Below, piece after piece: positions 1-12,365 of a stretch of DNA of 64,000 nucleotides. A program made the translations under genes and the position numbers. Source of the DNA: Octopus sinensis (lineage: Eukaryota); the NCBI RefSeq assembly GCF_006345805.1, contig NC_043015.1:11222001-11286000 (forward strand). The letters are read 5' to 3'. Position 1 is the stretch's first letter; every line of letters starts with the position of its first letter. The notes under the pieces were generated by a model. The model was not told the origin of the DNA and ran no database searches. It was given only the letters and a program-made list of their open reading frames with translations.

Positions 1-78
1 TCCATATACATACACATAAACATGTATATATGAATATACATGTATCTATCTGTACACACCTATTTCACAGATATACTA

Positions 79-118
<40 letters not shown>

Positions 119-510
119 GTACCCCTACACACACATATATATACAACCATGCGCATACACTCACACAAACATGTGCATACACACATTTATATATAAAAAC
201 CTATATGTATACAAATACACATATAAATAGATATACATTTCTGCATACAAATACATATATGTATGTATATAGATGTATATGTGTATGTAGATATGTATGT
301 GTTTATATATGTGTATGTGTTTCTATCAAGTGTTTTTATATGTGTGAGTATGCATATGTATATATGTGTGTATGTGTGTTTATATATAAGCATGTGTATG
401 TATACATATAGAGATGCGTATGCATGTGTGTGTACGTATATGTATGTTTGTAGATACTGACACATGTGTATTTATATATTTATAATGTATATGGTATAGT
501 TATAATAAAT

Positions 511-553
<43 letters not shown>

Positions 554-600
554 ATATATTATATATATGTATGTATATACAGAGAGAAAGAGAGAGAGAG
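1..600. repeat. Compound (TA)n/(CA)n/(GA)n microsatellite and low-complexity tract
   Basis: Direct reading; explains the YIYI/HTHT ORFs. Confidence 0.9.
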
Positions 601-659
601 AGGTATGTATACTTTTTGCTTGTTATGTGTAGGGAAGTAAATATGTGAGCTAGCATGAT

Positions 660-1400
660 CTCCCCAACCTCTCATCCAAACCAATATTAAAAAGCATTTC
701 TATCAACGAAAATTTCTATCAAAAGATATGTACCTTACACCTCATTAACAACACCACCACAGACACACACCTAAAGCAGAAAACTACTAAGAGAAAGAAT
801 TGGAAAACATCTGATCATTATATTTCTCACCAAAGGTTAACTATTCAAATGGCTTCATAAAACACTCCTTTAACACCTCACCACTTCCCAACTCCACAAG
901 TATCTTGTTTTGACCATTCACCATCTTCTTTCAGCTCTTATTGATCAACACTCTCTCTCTCCAACATTGATTGACAACCCCCCATCTCGCCCGAAACACA
1001 CCCAAATCCCATATATAGAATCACAAAGCCCCACACCCTCAGATCTGTTTGACAACGAATCTCAGAAAGTTCTCCAGAAAAGTTAACATGGGATGTTTTT
1101 GTAATCTCCCCACCCAAGTTACCAAAGCACTTACTTGAGATGTACGAACTAAAGTGTAAAATGTATAGTATAAAAAATGTTTTAAAAAATAAATTAAACT
1201 GATTTTAACTACGAGTGAAATCATTCATTTTCTCCCTCCGTCTCCACTTCCTTTGGACATTGCTCTATTTCTGAAGAAGAGCTTGGCTCGAAACGTTAAA
1301 TCATATTTCCTTCCTTTCCTGAACGTCTGATAATACAGTTCTTGTACCCCGTCTTCGCGTTATCGTCTTTTCTTGATTGTTCTTCTTAGGATTCACCATG
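660..1400 (+). mobile_element. Degenerate retroelement 3' fragment (possibly Penelope-like) ending in a hammerhead-bearing tail
   Basis: One frame reads RKLLRERIGKHL, similar to the GIY-YIG R.L.ER..EH motif, and a minimal hammerhead motif follows at 1271-1297. No long ORF. Confidence 0.35.
1271..1297 (+). ncRNA. Minimal hammerhead-ribozyme-like motif
   Basis: CTGAAGA-A-GAGC-ttg-GCTC-GAAAC-GTT: core boxes, a 4-bp stem II and a palindromic AACGTT stem III. Confidence 0.55.
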
Positions 1401-1413
1401 TATATATATATAT

Positions 1414-2313
1414 ACAATTGCAGCGTGGAAGGTGTTTATAAGCGATTTAAGAAACACACAAAAGCCGTTCGATTCACTTCAACATTTAAGTTTAATTTGT
1501 CAAAGTATTTTCGTCGCTAAAATCCGCGACCTGTTCACTGACAAAGTCCGTGCTGCATCTAAGAAAGAACAGTTAGTTCGTCATATATATGTACGTATGT
1601 ATGCATACATGTGTGTATGTATGTACGTATGCATGTACGCACATACGCCTGTGTATGCATGTATGTATGTATGTATGCATGTATACATGCATACATACAT
1701 ACATACATACATACATACATACATACATACATACATACATACGCACAATAGTAAAACAATAGTTCTGTGATATAGAGATAAAAATCTGATAATAGATTTT
1801 AGGGTATAGTTTTGGGAGTAAGCGTCATAAATCACTTTCTAGCTTCGGCCGTAGGAAGTTGAAACTTGATAGCTTTGTGATGAGTGATCACTCTACATCC
1901 ATCCATCGCTACAGGTTTATAGCTTTATGTTTTATAGAGTGTATGTGCGTGCATATACACACACATACATATATACATACATACATACATACATACATGC
2001 ATACACAGGCGTATGTGCGTACATGCATACGTACATACATACACACATGTATGCATACATACACACATACATACGTACATATATATGACGAACTAACTGT
2101 TACTTTCTTAGATGCAGCACGGACTTGTCAGTGAACAGGTCGCGGATTTTAGCGACGAAAATATTTTGACAAATTAAACTTAAATGTTGAAGTGAATCGA
2201 ACGGCTTTTGTGTGTTTCTTAAATGGCTTATAAACACCTTCCACGCTGCAATTGTTTTCGTTTCAGCACACGATCTCAGATCAAATTACTTGCTATGCGA
2301 GTACATCTCCGTA
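1414..2313. mobile_element. Foldback/MITE-like element with ~270-bp inverted arms
   Basis: 1414-~1680 is the reverse complement of ~1985-2255, including the internal TATG microsatellite. Confidence 0.75.
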
Positions 2314-2376
2314 ATATATATATATCTATAATATATATATATATATATATATAATATATAATATATATATATATAC

Positions 2377-2413
<37 letters not shown>

Positions 2414-2475
2414 TGTATATAACATATATATATATATCTATATATATATATATATAATATATATATATATAAAAC

Positions 2476-2511
<36 letters not shown>

Positions 2512-2572
2512 TTTATATATATATATATATATATATCAGAAACATTAAATTCTAAATATCTCATAGAGCGAT

Positions 2573-2811
2573 AGAGTGGTTGCGTACTGTCAACTTAACG
2601 TGACAGTAAGGGAATTGCTACACCGCTGTTTAGCCCTAGGAAGCATCGACGCTTCCTGTCGGCCTTGACGTATTATCTTTGTCCTTATATATTAACCAAG
2701 GACACAGGAAATATGTCAAGGCCGACAGGAAACCTCGATGCTTCCTAGGGCTAAACAGCGGTGTTGTAATTCCCTTACTGTCACGGTAAGTTGATAGTAC
2801 GCGACCACTCT
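2573..2811. mobile_element. ~240-bp hairpin MITE-like element
   Basis: agagtggttgcgtac... pairs with ...gtacgcgaccactct; arms ~110 bp, short central loop near 2690. Confidence 0.75.
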
Positions 2812-2812
2812 G

Positions 2813-2860
<48 letters not shown>

Positions 2861-3035
2861 ATATATATATATATATATATATATTTAAGTAGGTGAATTA
2901 ATTATCCTATGTTTATCGTCAGCATGGAAAATTCGTTTAACTGAAACCTGGGTAGCAAATTCACGTCAGAAACACGGTTGAAGCAACCTGTCAAGGGTAG
3001 AAACTCCGGGTTCATGTGAAAAAGTTTGTCTGTTG

Positions 3036-3935
3036 TATATGAATAAATGAAAGAATGGAGTCGAACGAAGATGTTAACAAAATTCCTTTACTCTCGACAT
3101 ATGTTTCGAAGACAACATGTTTTCATTCCAAAGCAATAAAGGGTGCACTATGCAATCTTCTCATCAGAAAAGAAAGGGAGCCTCTCTCGACAACAAGACA
3201 AACAAAAATTTCGATGATTGCCTACATGGTAAACAAAGCGATAATGAGTGCTTTTTCAAAAAAAAAAACGTTAGAAGAATTGACGTTATAGTTAGATAGT
3301 AGGAAGAGAAGGGATAAAAGGAATAATAGGTAGAGAACAAGTGGAGAGGGAAGGGTACGTTGATTGAAAGAATGTTCGAAGGCTTAGGAAAGAATTTCTC
3401 TATAGTATTGGGGTGGACGTAAAGCTAATTGTTCAAACCACAGTGACTATCGTTATCATTTATATGAGTAGAAAGTGTGTTTCTGCCAGTGTTTACATTT
3501 GCATGATTTTTCTATGAGTGTATTTACTAGGGGAACCTTAGAGAAAAGAATATGGAAGAGTTCAAGATTTACAAATGTTACAAAATCTCCTGCCCTTATC
3601 AAAAGGAAAGGATACAGACAGTATGAACCAATCTAACTTGAAAATTATATTGTTGTCTTTATGACGCCAAACTAATTTACTTAGCCCTGTACTATGTCGT
3701 TTTTTACTATCCCTGAATAGTGGTTTGAAATTCTCTTGGATAACTTTGTTTACCATGTAGGCAATCATCGAAATTTGTTTGTCTTGTCGAGAGAGGCTCC
3801 GTTTCTTTCCTGATGAGAATATCGCATAGTGCACTCTTTATTCCTTTGGAATGAAAACATGCTGTCTTTGAAACATATGTCGAGAGTAAAGGAATTTTGT
3901 TAACATCTTCGTTCGACTCCATTCTTTCATTTATT

Positions 3936-3940
<5 letters not shown>
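3036..3940. mobile_element. MITE-like element with ~200-bp terminal inverted repeats, TA-flanked
   Basis: 3041-3238 is the reverse complement of 3744-3936, which gives the mirrored ORFs MESNEDVNKIPLL on both strands. Confidence 0.75.
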
Positions 3941-3973
<33 letters not shown>

Positions 3974-5094
3974 TTACTCACACACACATACATATATTGT
4001 TTGTGAAGCCACCACTGTTTGACAATTGCTGATGGTTTGTTAACGTCCACGTAACTCAGCGGTCCTGCGGAAGAGACCGATGTACTAAATGTACTAAATT
4101 TTTTCGCAGTAATATAGAGTCGAATGATTTAACTAAATCCTTTTAGGCGGAGCCCCAGCAAGGCCGCACTCCAGTGACTGAAAGAAATAAAAGATGAAAC
4201 GTAACCGATAACAACGTCCCTGCAGGACAATCAATATTCCATGCATTCATTAAGGCAAAGTGATTAGATTAAAACTCCTTATAAATTTCCAGGTACTCCC
4301 ATTTAAGTCATGAAAACAGTGAAATAATATGGATTTCTAAAGATGCCTAAAACCTTGTTATGGTTTTCATTTGGTATCTATTTGGAAATTAAACTCCAAA
4401 TAAATATTGCCATACAAACAGGCTTCTAGTAATTCAAATTTGGATTCAAGCAATTTGAAGTAATATTGTCTTGTTTTGTTTTTTCGTGCAGATCCTTCAG
4501 GTTTTCCCATGGCTTCAAATTATTATTCGCAAAATTGTAATATTTTTTATCAAAATATCTGTAGGTGGCTCCTGAAATCTGAAATTGAATGTTAAACTCA
4601 ATTTAAAATACTATTTGAGAGAGAAAATTGAATTTTTTTTATTCATTCTCAAAGTGATATTTGTTTTATTGAATTGTGATTCTAGTTCAAATTTCAATTT
4701 CTGATTTTAATAATTATTTTCAGTTCGATACACCTGAATACACAATTGTTTCAGACAATAACTTAGTTTTTATCAATTTGAAATTTTACATAATAGCATA
4801 AAAGTTAGGAACAAAGGAATAAAACCAAGTATGTGAAGTCGGTGCATCTATCAATGTTCAACGTTGTTTCATTTAGTTTTTGTCCATTTTATTTTTTATC
4901 AGTCTAAATCTAACTTTAGCTCAGCCACCCTCTCTTTCTCATTTCCTTTCTCTGCTATATCAAGCAAATATTCATTGACTCATTCGTACTTACAAGCACA
5001 AACACACACACATATACGAATATACGAGTGAGTGTGTGTTTGTGTTGACTGATTGATTTGTAAACATTTGTGCATAGAAATCCGACAAACGTAC

Positions 5095-5175
5095 TCAATA
5101 TATAAAGTAGAGTGTGTAAAACCGATGCGTCAGGAAACTTGACTTGGATTTGCACGTTAACGTTGAATGAAACGA
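5095..5175 (-). CDS. Candidate 81-nt symmetric (phase 1-1) exon, copy 1
   Basis: ttctgatttag| acceptor, |gtacgt donor, open frame VSFNVNVQIQVKFPDASVLHTLLYIL. No recognised homology. Confidence 0.15.
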   Translation of the reverse strand, partial: SFHSTLTCKSKSSFLTHRFYTLYFIY

Positions 5176-5235
5176 CTAAATCAGAATAATTGTATAACAT
5201 TGAATAAGCAATACTCAGTTTATATGCTTATATGC

Positions 5236-5281
<46 letters not shown>

Positions 5282-5362
5282 ATGCGTGGGCGATTGTGTG
5301 TAGATGGAGAGAGATAGTATAGGGGTATTATTTTCTCTCCTTGTTTATTTCTGTGTTCCTTT

Positions 5363-5390
5363 CTGTGGAAGAGCGTAGACTCGAAACGTT
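5363..5390 (+). ncRNA. Degenerate hammerhead-like motif (CTGTGGA variant)
   Basis: CTGTGGA-A-GAGC-gtag-ACTC-GAAAC-GTT; one stem II mismatch. Confidence 0.3.
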
Positions 5391-6627
5391 AAAGAGATTT
5401 TCACTTTTGGAACGTTATACTAATACATCTGTTTGTTGTCTACACCACCTGTCTTCGTCTTTTGTTTTTTTGAATTCTCCCAATATTATATATATATATA
5501 TTATATATATATATAAATTTACTCACACACACATACATATATTGTTTGTGAAGCCACCACTTTGACAATTGCTGATGGTTTGTTAACGTCCACGTAACTC
5601 AGCGGTCCTGCGGAAGAGACCGATGTACTAAATGTACAAATTTTTTCGCAGTATATAGAGTCGAATGATTTAACTAATCCTTTTAGGCGGAGCCCCAGCA
5701 AGGCCGCACTCCAGTGACTGAAAGAAATAAAAGATGAAACGTAACCGATAACAACGTCCCTGCAGGACAATCAATATTCCATCATGCATTCATTAGGCAA
5801 AGTGATTAGATTAAAACTCCTTATAAATTTCCAGGTACTCCCATTTAAGTCATGAAAACAGTGAATAATATGGATTTCTAAAGATGCCTAAACCTTGTTA
5901 TGGTTTTCATTTGGTATCTATTTGGAAATTAAACTCCAAATAATATTGCCATACAAACAGGCTTCTAGTAATTCAAATTTGGATTCAAGCAATTTGAAGT
6001 AATTGTCCTTGTTTTGTTTTTTCGTGCAGATCCTTCAGTTTTTCCCATGCTTCAAATTATTATTCGCAAAATTGTAATATTTTTTATCAAAATATCTGTC
6101 GGTTGCTCCTGAATCTGAAATTGAATGTAACTCAATTTAAAATACTATTTGAGAGAGAAAATGAATTTTTTTTATTCATTCTCAAAGTGATATTTGTTTT
6201 ATTGAATTGTGATTCTAGTTCAAATTTCAATTTCTGATTTTAATAATTATTTTCAGTTCGATACACCTGAATACACAATTGTTTCAGACAATAACTTAGT
6301 TTTTATCAATTTGAAATTTTACATAATAGCATAAAAGTTAGGAACAAAGGAATAAAACCAAGTATGTGAAGTCGGTGCATCTATCAATGTTCAACGTTGT
6401 TTCATTTAGTTTTTGTCCATTTTATTTTTTATCAGTCTAAATCTAACTTTAGCTCAGCCACCCTCTCTTTCTCATTTCCTTTCTCTGCTATATCAAGCAA
6501 ATATTCATTGACTCATTCGTACTTACAAGCACAAACACACACACATATACGAATATACGAGTGAGTGTGTGTTTGTGTTGACTGATTGATTTGTAAACAT
6601 TTGTGCATAGAAATCCGACAAACGTAC

Positions 6628-6708
6628 TCAATATATAAAGTAGAGTGTGTAAAACCGATGCGTCAGGAAACTTGACTTGGGGTTGCACGTTAACGTTGAA
6701 TGAAACGA
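6628..6708 (-). CDS. Candidate 81-nt symmetric exon, copy 2
   Basis: Same splice signals; reads VSFNVNVQPQVKFPDASVLHTLLYIL; phase-compatible with the candidate exon 7630-7780. Confidence 0.17.
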   Translation of the reverse strand, partial: SFHSTLTCNPKSSFLTHRFYTLYFIY

Positions 6709-6768
6709 CTAAATCAGAATAATTGTATAACATTGAATAAGCAATACTCAGTTTATATGCTTATATGC

Positions 6769-6800
<32 letters not shown>

Positions 6801-6881
6801 ATGCGTGGGCGATTGTGTGTAGATGGAGAGAGATAGTATAGGGGTATTATTTTCTCTCCTTGTTTATTTCTGTGTTCCTTT

Positions 6882-6909
6882 CTGTGGAAGAGCGTAGGCT
6901 CGAAACGTT
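6882..6909 (+). ncRNA. Degenerate hammerhead-like motif (CTGTGGA variant), duplicate copy
   Basis: CTGTGGA-A-GAGC-gtag-GCTC-GAAAC-GTT; perfect stem II. Confidence 0.35.
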
Positions 6910-7012
6910 AAAGAGATTTTCACTTTTGGAACGTTATACTAATACATCTGTTTGTTGTCTACACCACCTGTCTTCGTCTTTTGTTTTTTTGAATTCTCCC
7001 TATAATATATTA

Positions 7013-7052
<40 letters not shown>

Positions 7053-7099
7053 ATTTATATAATATATGTATGTATGTATACAGAGAGAGAGGGGGGATA

Positions 7100-7118
7100 T
7101 AGATAGATAGATAGATAG

Positions 7119-7183
<65 letters not shown>
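7100..7183. repeat. (GATA)n microsatellite with no retrotransposon insertion
   Basis: Direct reading. Confidence 0.95.
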
Positions 7184-7629
7184 GTGCACTATGCTGTGTT
7201 TGTGCGTGTAAATGTGCATGTACTAACTGTCAAATGTTTCTTGCTGTCTTTAGCTGACATTAACATATCGTTATCTTTTTTCAACACGTATTCTTTTCCT
7301 GTACTTAATTTGCAGTTAATACCACTATCACGTTTCTGCTGTTAAAATGCACCTGGTTACTAGTATCAGAATTAGCGCTCACATTAAGTATATGTTTACT
7401 TCACAGCGGTTCGTACACTTTTAGAATAGTTGTCTTAACTGCTGAGAGTTATGTATAACATTGCCAATACCATATTTTTTTTTAAATATTGATTTCGTTT
7501 CTTCTTCTCATTTATTGTATTACGATTTGAAAAAGAAAGAATATCTTTGAAGGGAAAATATTTGTATTCGTTTGCACGTATTTCGAATATTCTGTCTCAA
7601 AATGTCTCCCTTGTCTAGACAAAAATTAC

Positions 7630-7780
7630 TTTTGAATATATGAATATAAGCTAAATTTCCAGTGAAAAATATTAAGAAAATACTGTAACATTGCTTTCTT
7701 GTTTCGTCACATCGAAAAGAATCTAAACGAGTAGTTCTTTTTCTTTGAAATATTTTTTTAGAAGATTTCGTCACGAAATA
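7630..7780 (-). CDS. Candidate exon of an unidentified minus-strand gene (may instead run to the stop at 7520)
   Basis: ttttttgtttttctccccatgaag| acceptor; only phase 0 is open (YFVTKSSKKIFQRKRTT...), matching the phase-0 end of exon 9605-9687; possible donor AAA|gtaatt. Confidence 0.3.
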
Positions 7781-8255
7781 CTTCATGGGGAGAAAAACAA
7801 AAAACTCAGATTACAAAAGAAACGCTAGCGTTGCAATTGTCTTTCTATTTCTCCTTTAATAATATTTCTGTAAAAATATGTTGAAGCATTGAAAGTAATG
7901 TCTCATGTATATTAGATCTGTTTTTTTATTAGTTAAAAATGTGAATAAACTTTTTTTTATAAATCGAGCGAATAAAGAAAAGTTATTATATTCCACAATA
8001 CACCATGAGTAGATATTGTTCTTTTTTCTTTTAGTGGCGTATACGTAACACAGAATTGTTTGTTATGTAAATGTGATTCATGGTGAGAAAGACACGCATG
8101 TAACAAGAGAGATATGAAATTGCTTCTTTAGGCTCGAACGAGATATTTTTAATAAAAAAATAAGCTATATCAGTGAGATTTTAGTTATGACATTTACAAA
8201 CACGCACACACATACAAACATATACATATATATATATGTGAGTGTATTATATATA

Positions 8256-8308
<53 letters not shown>

Positions 8309-8504
8309 TATATACTATATACATGCATGCACACAACAGAAAAGACGAATGGAATTTTTAAGACTTGCTACATTTATTTCATTGTCTAGTCAATTAGTGG
8401 CGTGCTTCACTTTAACATGCCTCGATTCTCTATGGATCCATTGTAATCAAAATTACTAAATTATGTGTGTGTGTGTGTGTGTGTGTATGGAGTAAGAGAG
8501 ACTG

Positions 8505-8875
8505 AGAAAATCCGCTATGGTCTTATCACAAAGAATTGTTCTCTAGAAAATTTTAGCAAACACCAGAAACGTAAGCGAGCAAGACAAATGAAAGGTAATA
8601 CAAATATAGATTAATCATAAACAATGTTTCACTATCAAGAAATTATGTAATTTTGTTTACGTAATTTATCTGTAGATCTTCAGTATGATCGTCCGTATAT
8701 AAATCGTCCAGATGAATTGCGTAAGTAAAATTACGTAATTTGTTAATAGTGAAATATTCTTTATGATTAATCTATATTTTTGTTACTTTTCATTTGTCTT
8801 GCTCGCTTACGTTTCTGGTGTTTACTAAATTTTCTAGAGAACAATTCTTAGTGATAAGACAATAGCAGATTTTCT
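8505..8875. mobile_element. ~370-bp hairpin MITE-like element
   Basis: agaaaatccgctatggtcttatcac... pairs with ...gtgataagacaatagcagattttct. Confidence 0.75.
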
Positions 8876-9223
8876 TCTAGCATAAATGTTTCCACATAGT
8901 GGTAATTCACTCTTATATGTATGTAATACTATTTACTGAACCTCAGTTTTTTAATATGCTATATCACTGGTGTTGAATTGATATTATCAAATTAATATCC
9001 AATTTTTCACCCTCATTTTCATTTTAATTTTAAATTAATACGTTTTCAAACCGGCAAAGGCTTCTGCAGTAAATTATTTTATGCAACATTTCCGGTAATT
9101 TAGAGCGCCAAAACGTAGATTTTTGAAAAATAACCTGAAGTATAATAGGTAGAATTGCATACATATTCGACCTCGTGTTGATGTCTGGTGTGTAGTTCTG
9201 CAAATCATATTTCTATGGACGAT

Positions 9224-9368
9224 CATACTGAAGATCTACAGATAAATTGCGTAAGTAAAATTACGTAATTTGTTGATAATGAAAAGTTGTTTATGATTAA
9301 TCTATATTTTTGTTACTTTTCATTTGTCTTGCTCGCTTATGTTTCTGGTGTTTGCTAAATTTTCTATA
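9224..9368. mobile_element. Solo partial arm of the 8505-8875 element
   Basis: Direct repeat of ~8710-8835 that also includes the reverse complement of the 8669-8688 segment. Confidence 0.65.
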
Positions 9369-9604
9369 TATTAACGGAGCAAAGAGACCCAAAGTTCCAA
9401 GAAAGAGAAAAATACAAGGGGAGAAGGTGTGGTATTACAAATAACACTGCTGTTTATGGGATCTCGTAGTTACTTCATAATATTTGCAGATGCTGTTCAT
9501 AAGAAATATACAACCAGTAATGGAAGCAAATACACACAGAGTAGATACGACCTCCATCTTCAGGGTTGAGAGATAAAAATCTAACCATGTCGGTATCTGC
9601 TCAC

Positions 9605-9687
9605 CTGAATTCCTCTTAGCCATTCTTTACTCCGATGACTTGGTTCTCGGTAAAGTTTGAGAAGAATAAGTTCAAATAATTTGAGCC
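9605..9687 (-). CDS. Candidate 83-nt exon (GLKLFELILLKLYREPSHRSKEWLRGIQ)
   Basis: tacttaacag| acceptor, strong CAG|gtgagc donor, a single open frame, and an in-frame stop shortly after the donor. Confidence 0.45.
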
Positions 9688-9840
9688 CTGTTAAGTATTT
9701 TCTATATTAAACATCTCTGGATCTTATCTGTTGAATCTCCCTCTCTACACCCTCTCTCCCTTCCTCTCCCTATATATATATATATATATATATATACATA
9801 GAGAAAGTTTATTAATATAAATACATGCACACATACACAA

Positions 9841-9899
<59 letters not shown>

Positions 9900-9904
9900 T
9901 ATAT

Positions 9905-9989
<85 letters not shown>

Positions 9990-10779
9990 TTCAGTTTAAT
10001 TCAAATTGCGAGGTATTTAAAGTTTAAAACCATAAGATGATGCGTATCGTCGGTCATTGAAAATTTGAATAAAAATCAGGTTGAGAAAGAGCGATGTTCT
10101 TACCGATAGATGGGCTGCAACTGGTCGAGAAAGGACACTTGATTGTCACAGTTTGATTTATGGTACTTCAACGACAACTATTACTTGGAAAATAATTCAT
10201 GGTGAACAGGAAATCGGCTGCGTCGCTGGAGAGGAATTAGCGTATGTGTGAAAATATGTTTATAGTTATATGTAAGCATATAAACTTGTATGTGCATATG
10301 TACGTACAGATGTTGATGCATTTTGTATTTGCAACGTATATATAAGATCTATAAGATTGTATAGATATGTGCACGCGCACAAGGGTGTATATATCGCCTT
10401 AAGATTATGTGTCACCTTTTATGTGTCGCCTTAGGGATATCCACCTCAGATCCGTACAAAAGTACAGTTTGTAATCATAATTGGTTCTCTCAGGTGAAGG
10501 CCTTTTATCACACATATACTTTTATTCAATTTTCAAAATGCTGAATTGATATCCGTAATTCTCTGAATTATTTTCGAATCAAGGGGTTCAACATTATTGA
10601 TAATACTTCTAAGATATTTAAACCGATCTACTATACTTAACTGCGTATCGTCAACTCTAATGTTGGGCTAATAGGAACCTCACATGGAGGAGAAATATAC
10701 ATTAGTTTGGTTTTGTGGAGGCTAGTGATCAGTTCAAAACGCAATAAGACCTCAAAAATTACTTACTATGATCTCCAAG

Positions 10780-11075
10780 TTCCATCGTGTGCAATGGGAT
10801 CAGAACCTTATACATACAACAGCCGGCTGTGAACGTAATGAGATGGTTTTCTAGAATGAACGGTGTTAGACTAGTAATGGTATCTGGAGGTACGATACCA
10901 GTTGGCTCAGAGATTGTTTTGTGAGATTTCAAATAAAAAAGGAGGCGAAGTCATGATCAAAGAAGCGATTTCATGATGTGGTTAAGGACAATTTGAAGAT
11001 TATTAACAAGGACATTAGAAACTGGAAATTCTTAGCAAAGAACAGAACTGACAGACGTAGTATAATAAAAGGATG
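10780..11075 (+). mobile_element. Degenerate RTE-clade LINE 3' fragment
   Basis: Translates (with disruptions) to ...QKKRFHDVVKDNLKIINKDIRNWKFLAKNR, typical of RTE ORF C-termini. Confidence 0.5.
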
Positions 11076-11579
11076 GTTGCGAGAAGATTGAAGCAAAACG
11101 TATAGAACACGCAGAGCTCAAGAGGTCCTTGCAAAAGGAGAAATTAGGGAGATACCAGATTTCGATCCAGAATTTAGATATAATGTCTAGAGTTAATCTC
11201 GTTAATCATAAAAATCTCATGTAGTAAGTGAGACAGAGACTGACTATGGTGGCCTTCTCCTTCAGAGGCTGGGTAAATATTTTTGGCATGACTCTGGAAA
11301 ATTTTACCGCCCTTGGTGTGGTTTGAACAGAGAAGATACTTTTCATCATCAAGAAGATCAGGGTCGTAAAATTTCTTTTAAACTGTCATATTTATGGAGA
11401 AAGGCACGAATCGCGGGCCGAGCTTGAGAACCAATTGTCATACTACAGCCGGACACTTTTGGATGATTATTTTTGAAGAAATAGCTATACACTGAAAGCA
11501 TGCTGTCGTCACCATCTTCATCATTTTATCATACACCCTCACAAGCATGCACGCAGACATACACACACATACACACACG

Positions 11580-12365
11580 CAGGGGTATGACAAAATAATG
11601 GAAACACCAAGTATCAAAGCATCATAATTTTTAGATATCTATAAAACTGTCAATACCTTGTTTATTTTTATGTGTTTGATATATCATTAGTGTTGCTTAA
11701 TATGTTTTGCTAAAATTTCTGTATCTTTTCAGCTATCATCACAAAAGGGTAATTAAAATTCATTAAAATGACAGATCTATCGGACTTTCAAATAGGTCAA
11801 ATTTTTGGTGCTCGTTTGGCAGGCACTAGCCTAACGAAAACAGCTGAAATGTTTAAAGTACCAAGCAGTAATGTCTCGAAAGTAATGACAGCCTTTCAGA
11901 AAGCGGAGAAAGCCTCATCGTCGAAACAAAACCCTGGAATAAAAACATTTAGATAGGGATTGTCGGACTCAAGCGAATTGTTAGAAAGGATCACAAAAGT
12001 ACAGCTCCCAAAATTACTGCAGAGCTTATTGACCACCTCGTGAACCCAGTTTCCACGAAAACTATTTACTGGGAGCTGTGCAAAGCGAGATTTTACGGGA
12101 GGGCTGCAATCAGAAAACCACTACTTTCAAAAACAAACATTGCAAAGTGTTTAGAGTGGAGTAAATCCCTACAGAATAGGTCGCTAAAGCAGTGGAAGAA
12201 TGTTATTTTCACGGACAAGACATCCTTTACCTTATTTCCAACCACCGACCGAGTATACGTGTGGAGACAGCCAAAAGAAGCATTTGACCAAGACTGCCTT
12301 CTTCTAACTGACTATTTAAGCATTTTATCTGATCAAATTCATCCTATGGTTGCGGAATACTGCTA
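11580..12365 (+). mobile_element. Tc1-like DNA transposon, 5' part, internally deleted
   Basis: TIR-like CAGGGGTATGACAAAATAATGGAAACACC; HTH region MTDLSDFQIGQIFGARLAG; GRAAIRKPLLSKTN...WKNVIFTDKTSF (first D of the DDE triad); abrupt jump to DYLSILSDQIHPMV. Confidence 0.85.

Larger units (their letters stand above)
3971..7040. repeat. Tandem duplication of a ~1.53-kb unit (3971-5514, 5515-~7040)
   Basis: Near-identical sequence at an offset of ~1533 (e.g. ORFs 4955-5200 and 6488-6733); breakpoints fall in (TA)n tracts. Confidence 0.92.

Noticed and set aside
30-648. Numerous [20 protein letters not shown] ORFs here and throughout the window
   Set aside because: They are stop-free translations of (TA)n, (CA)n, (ATCT)n and (GGAA)n microsatellites.
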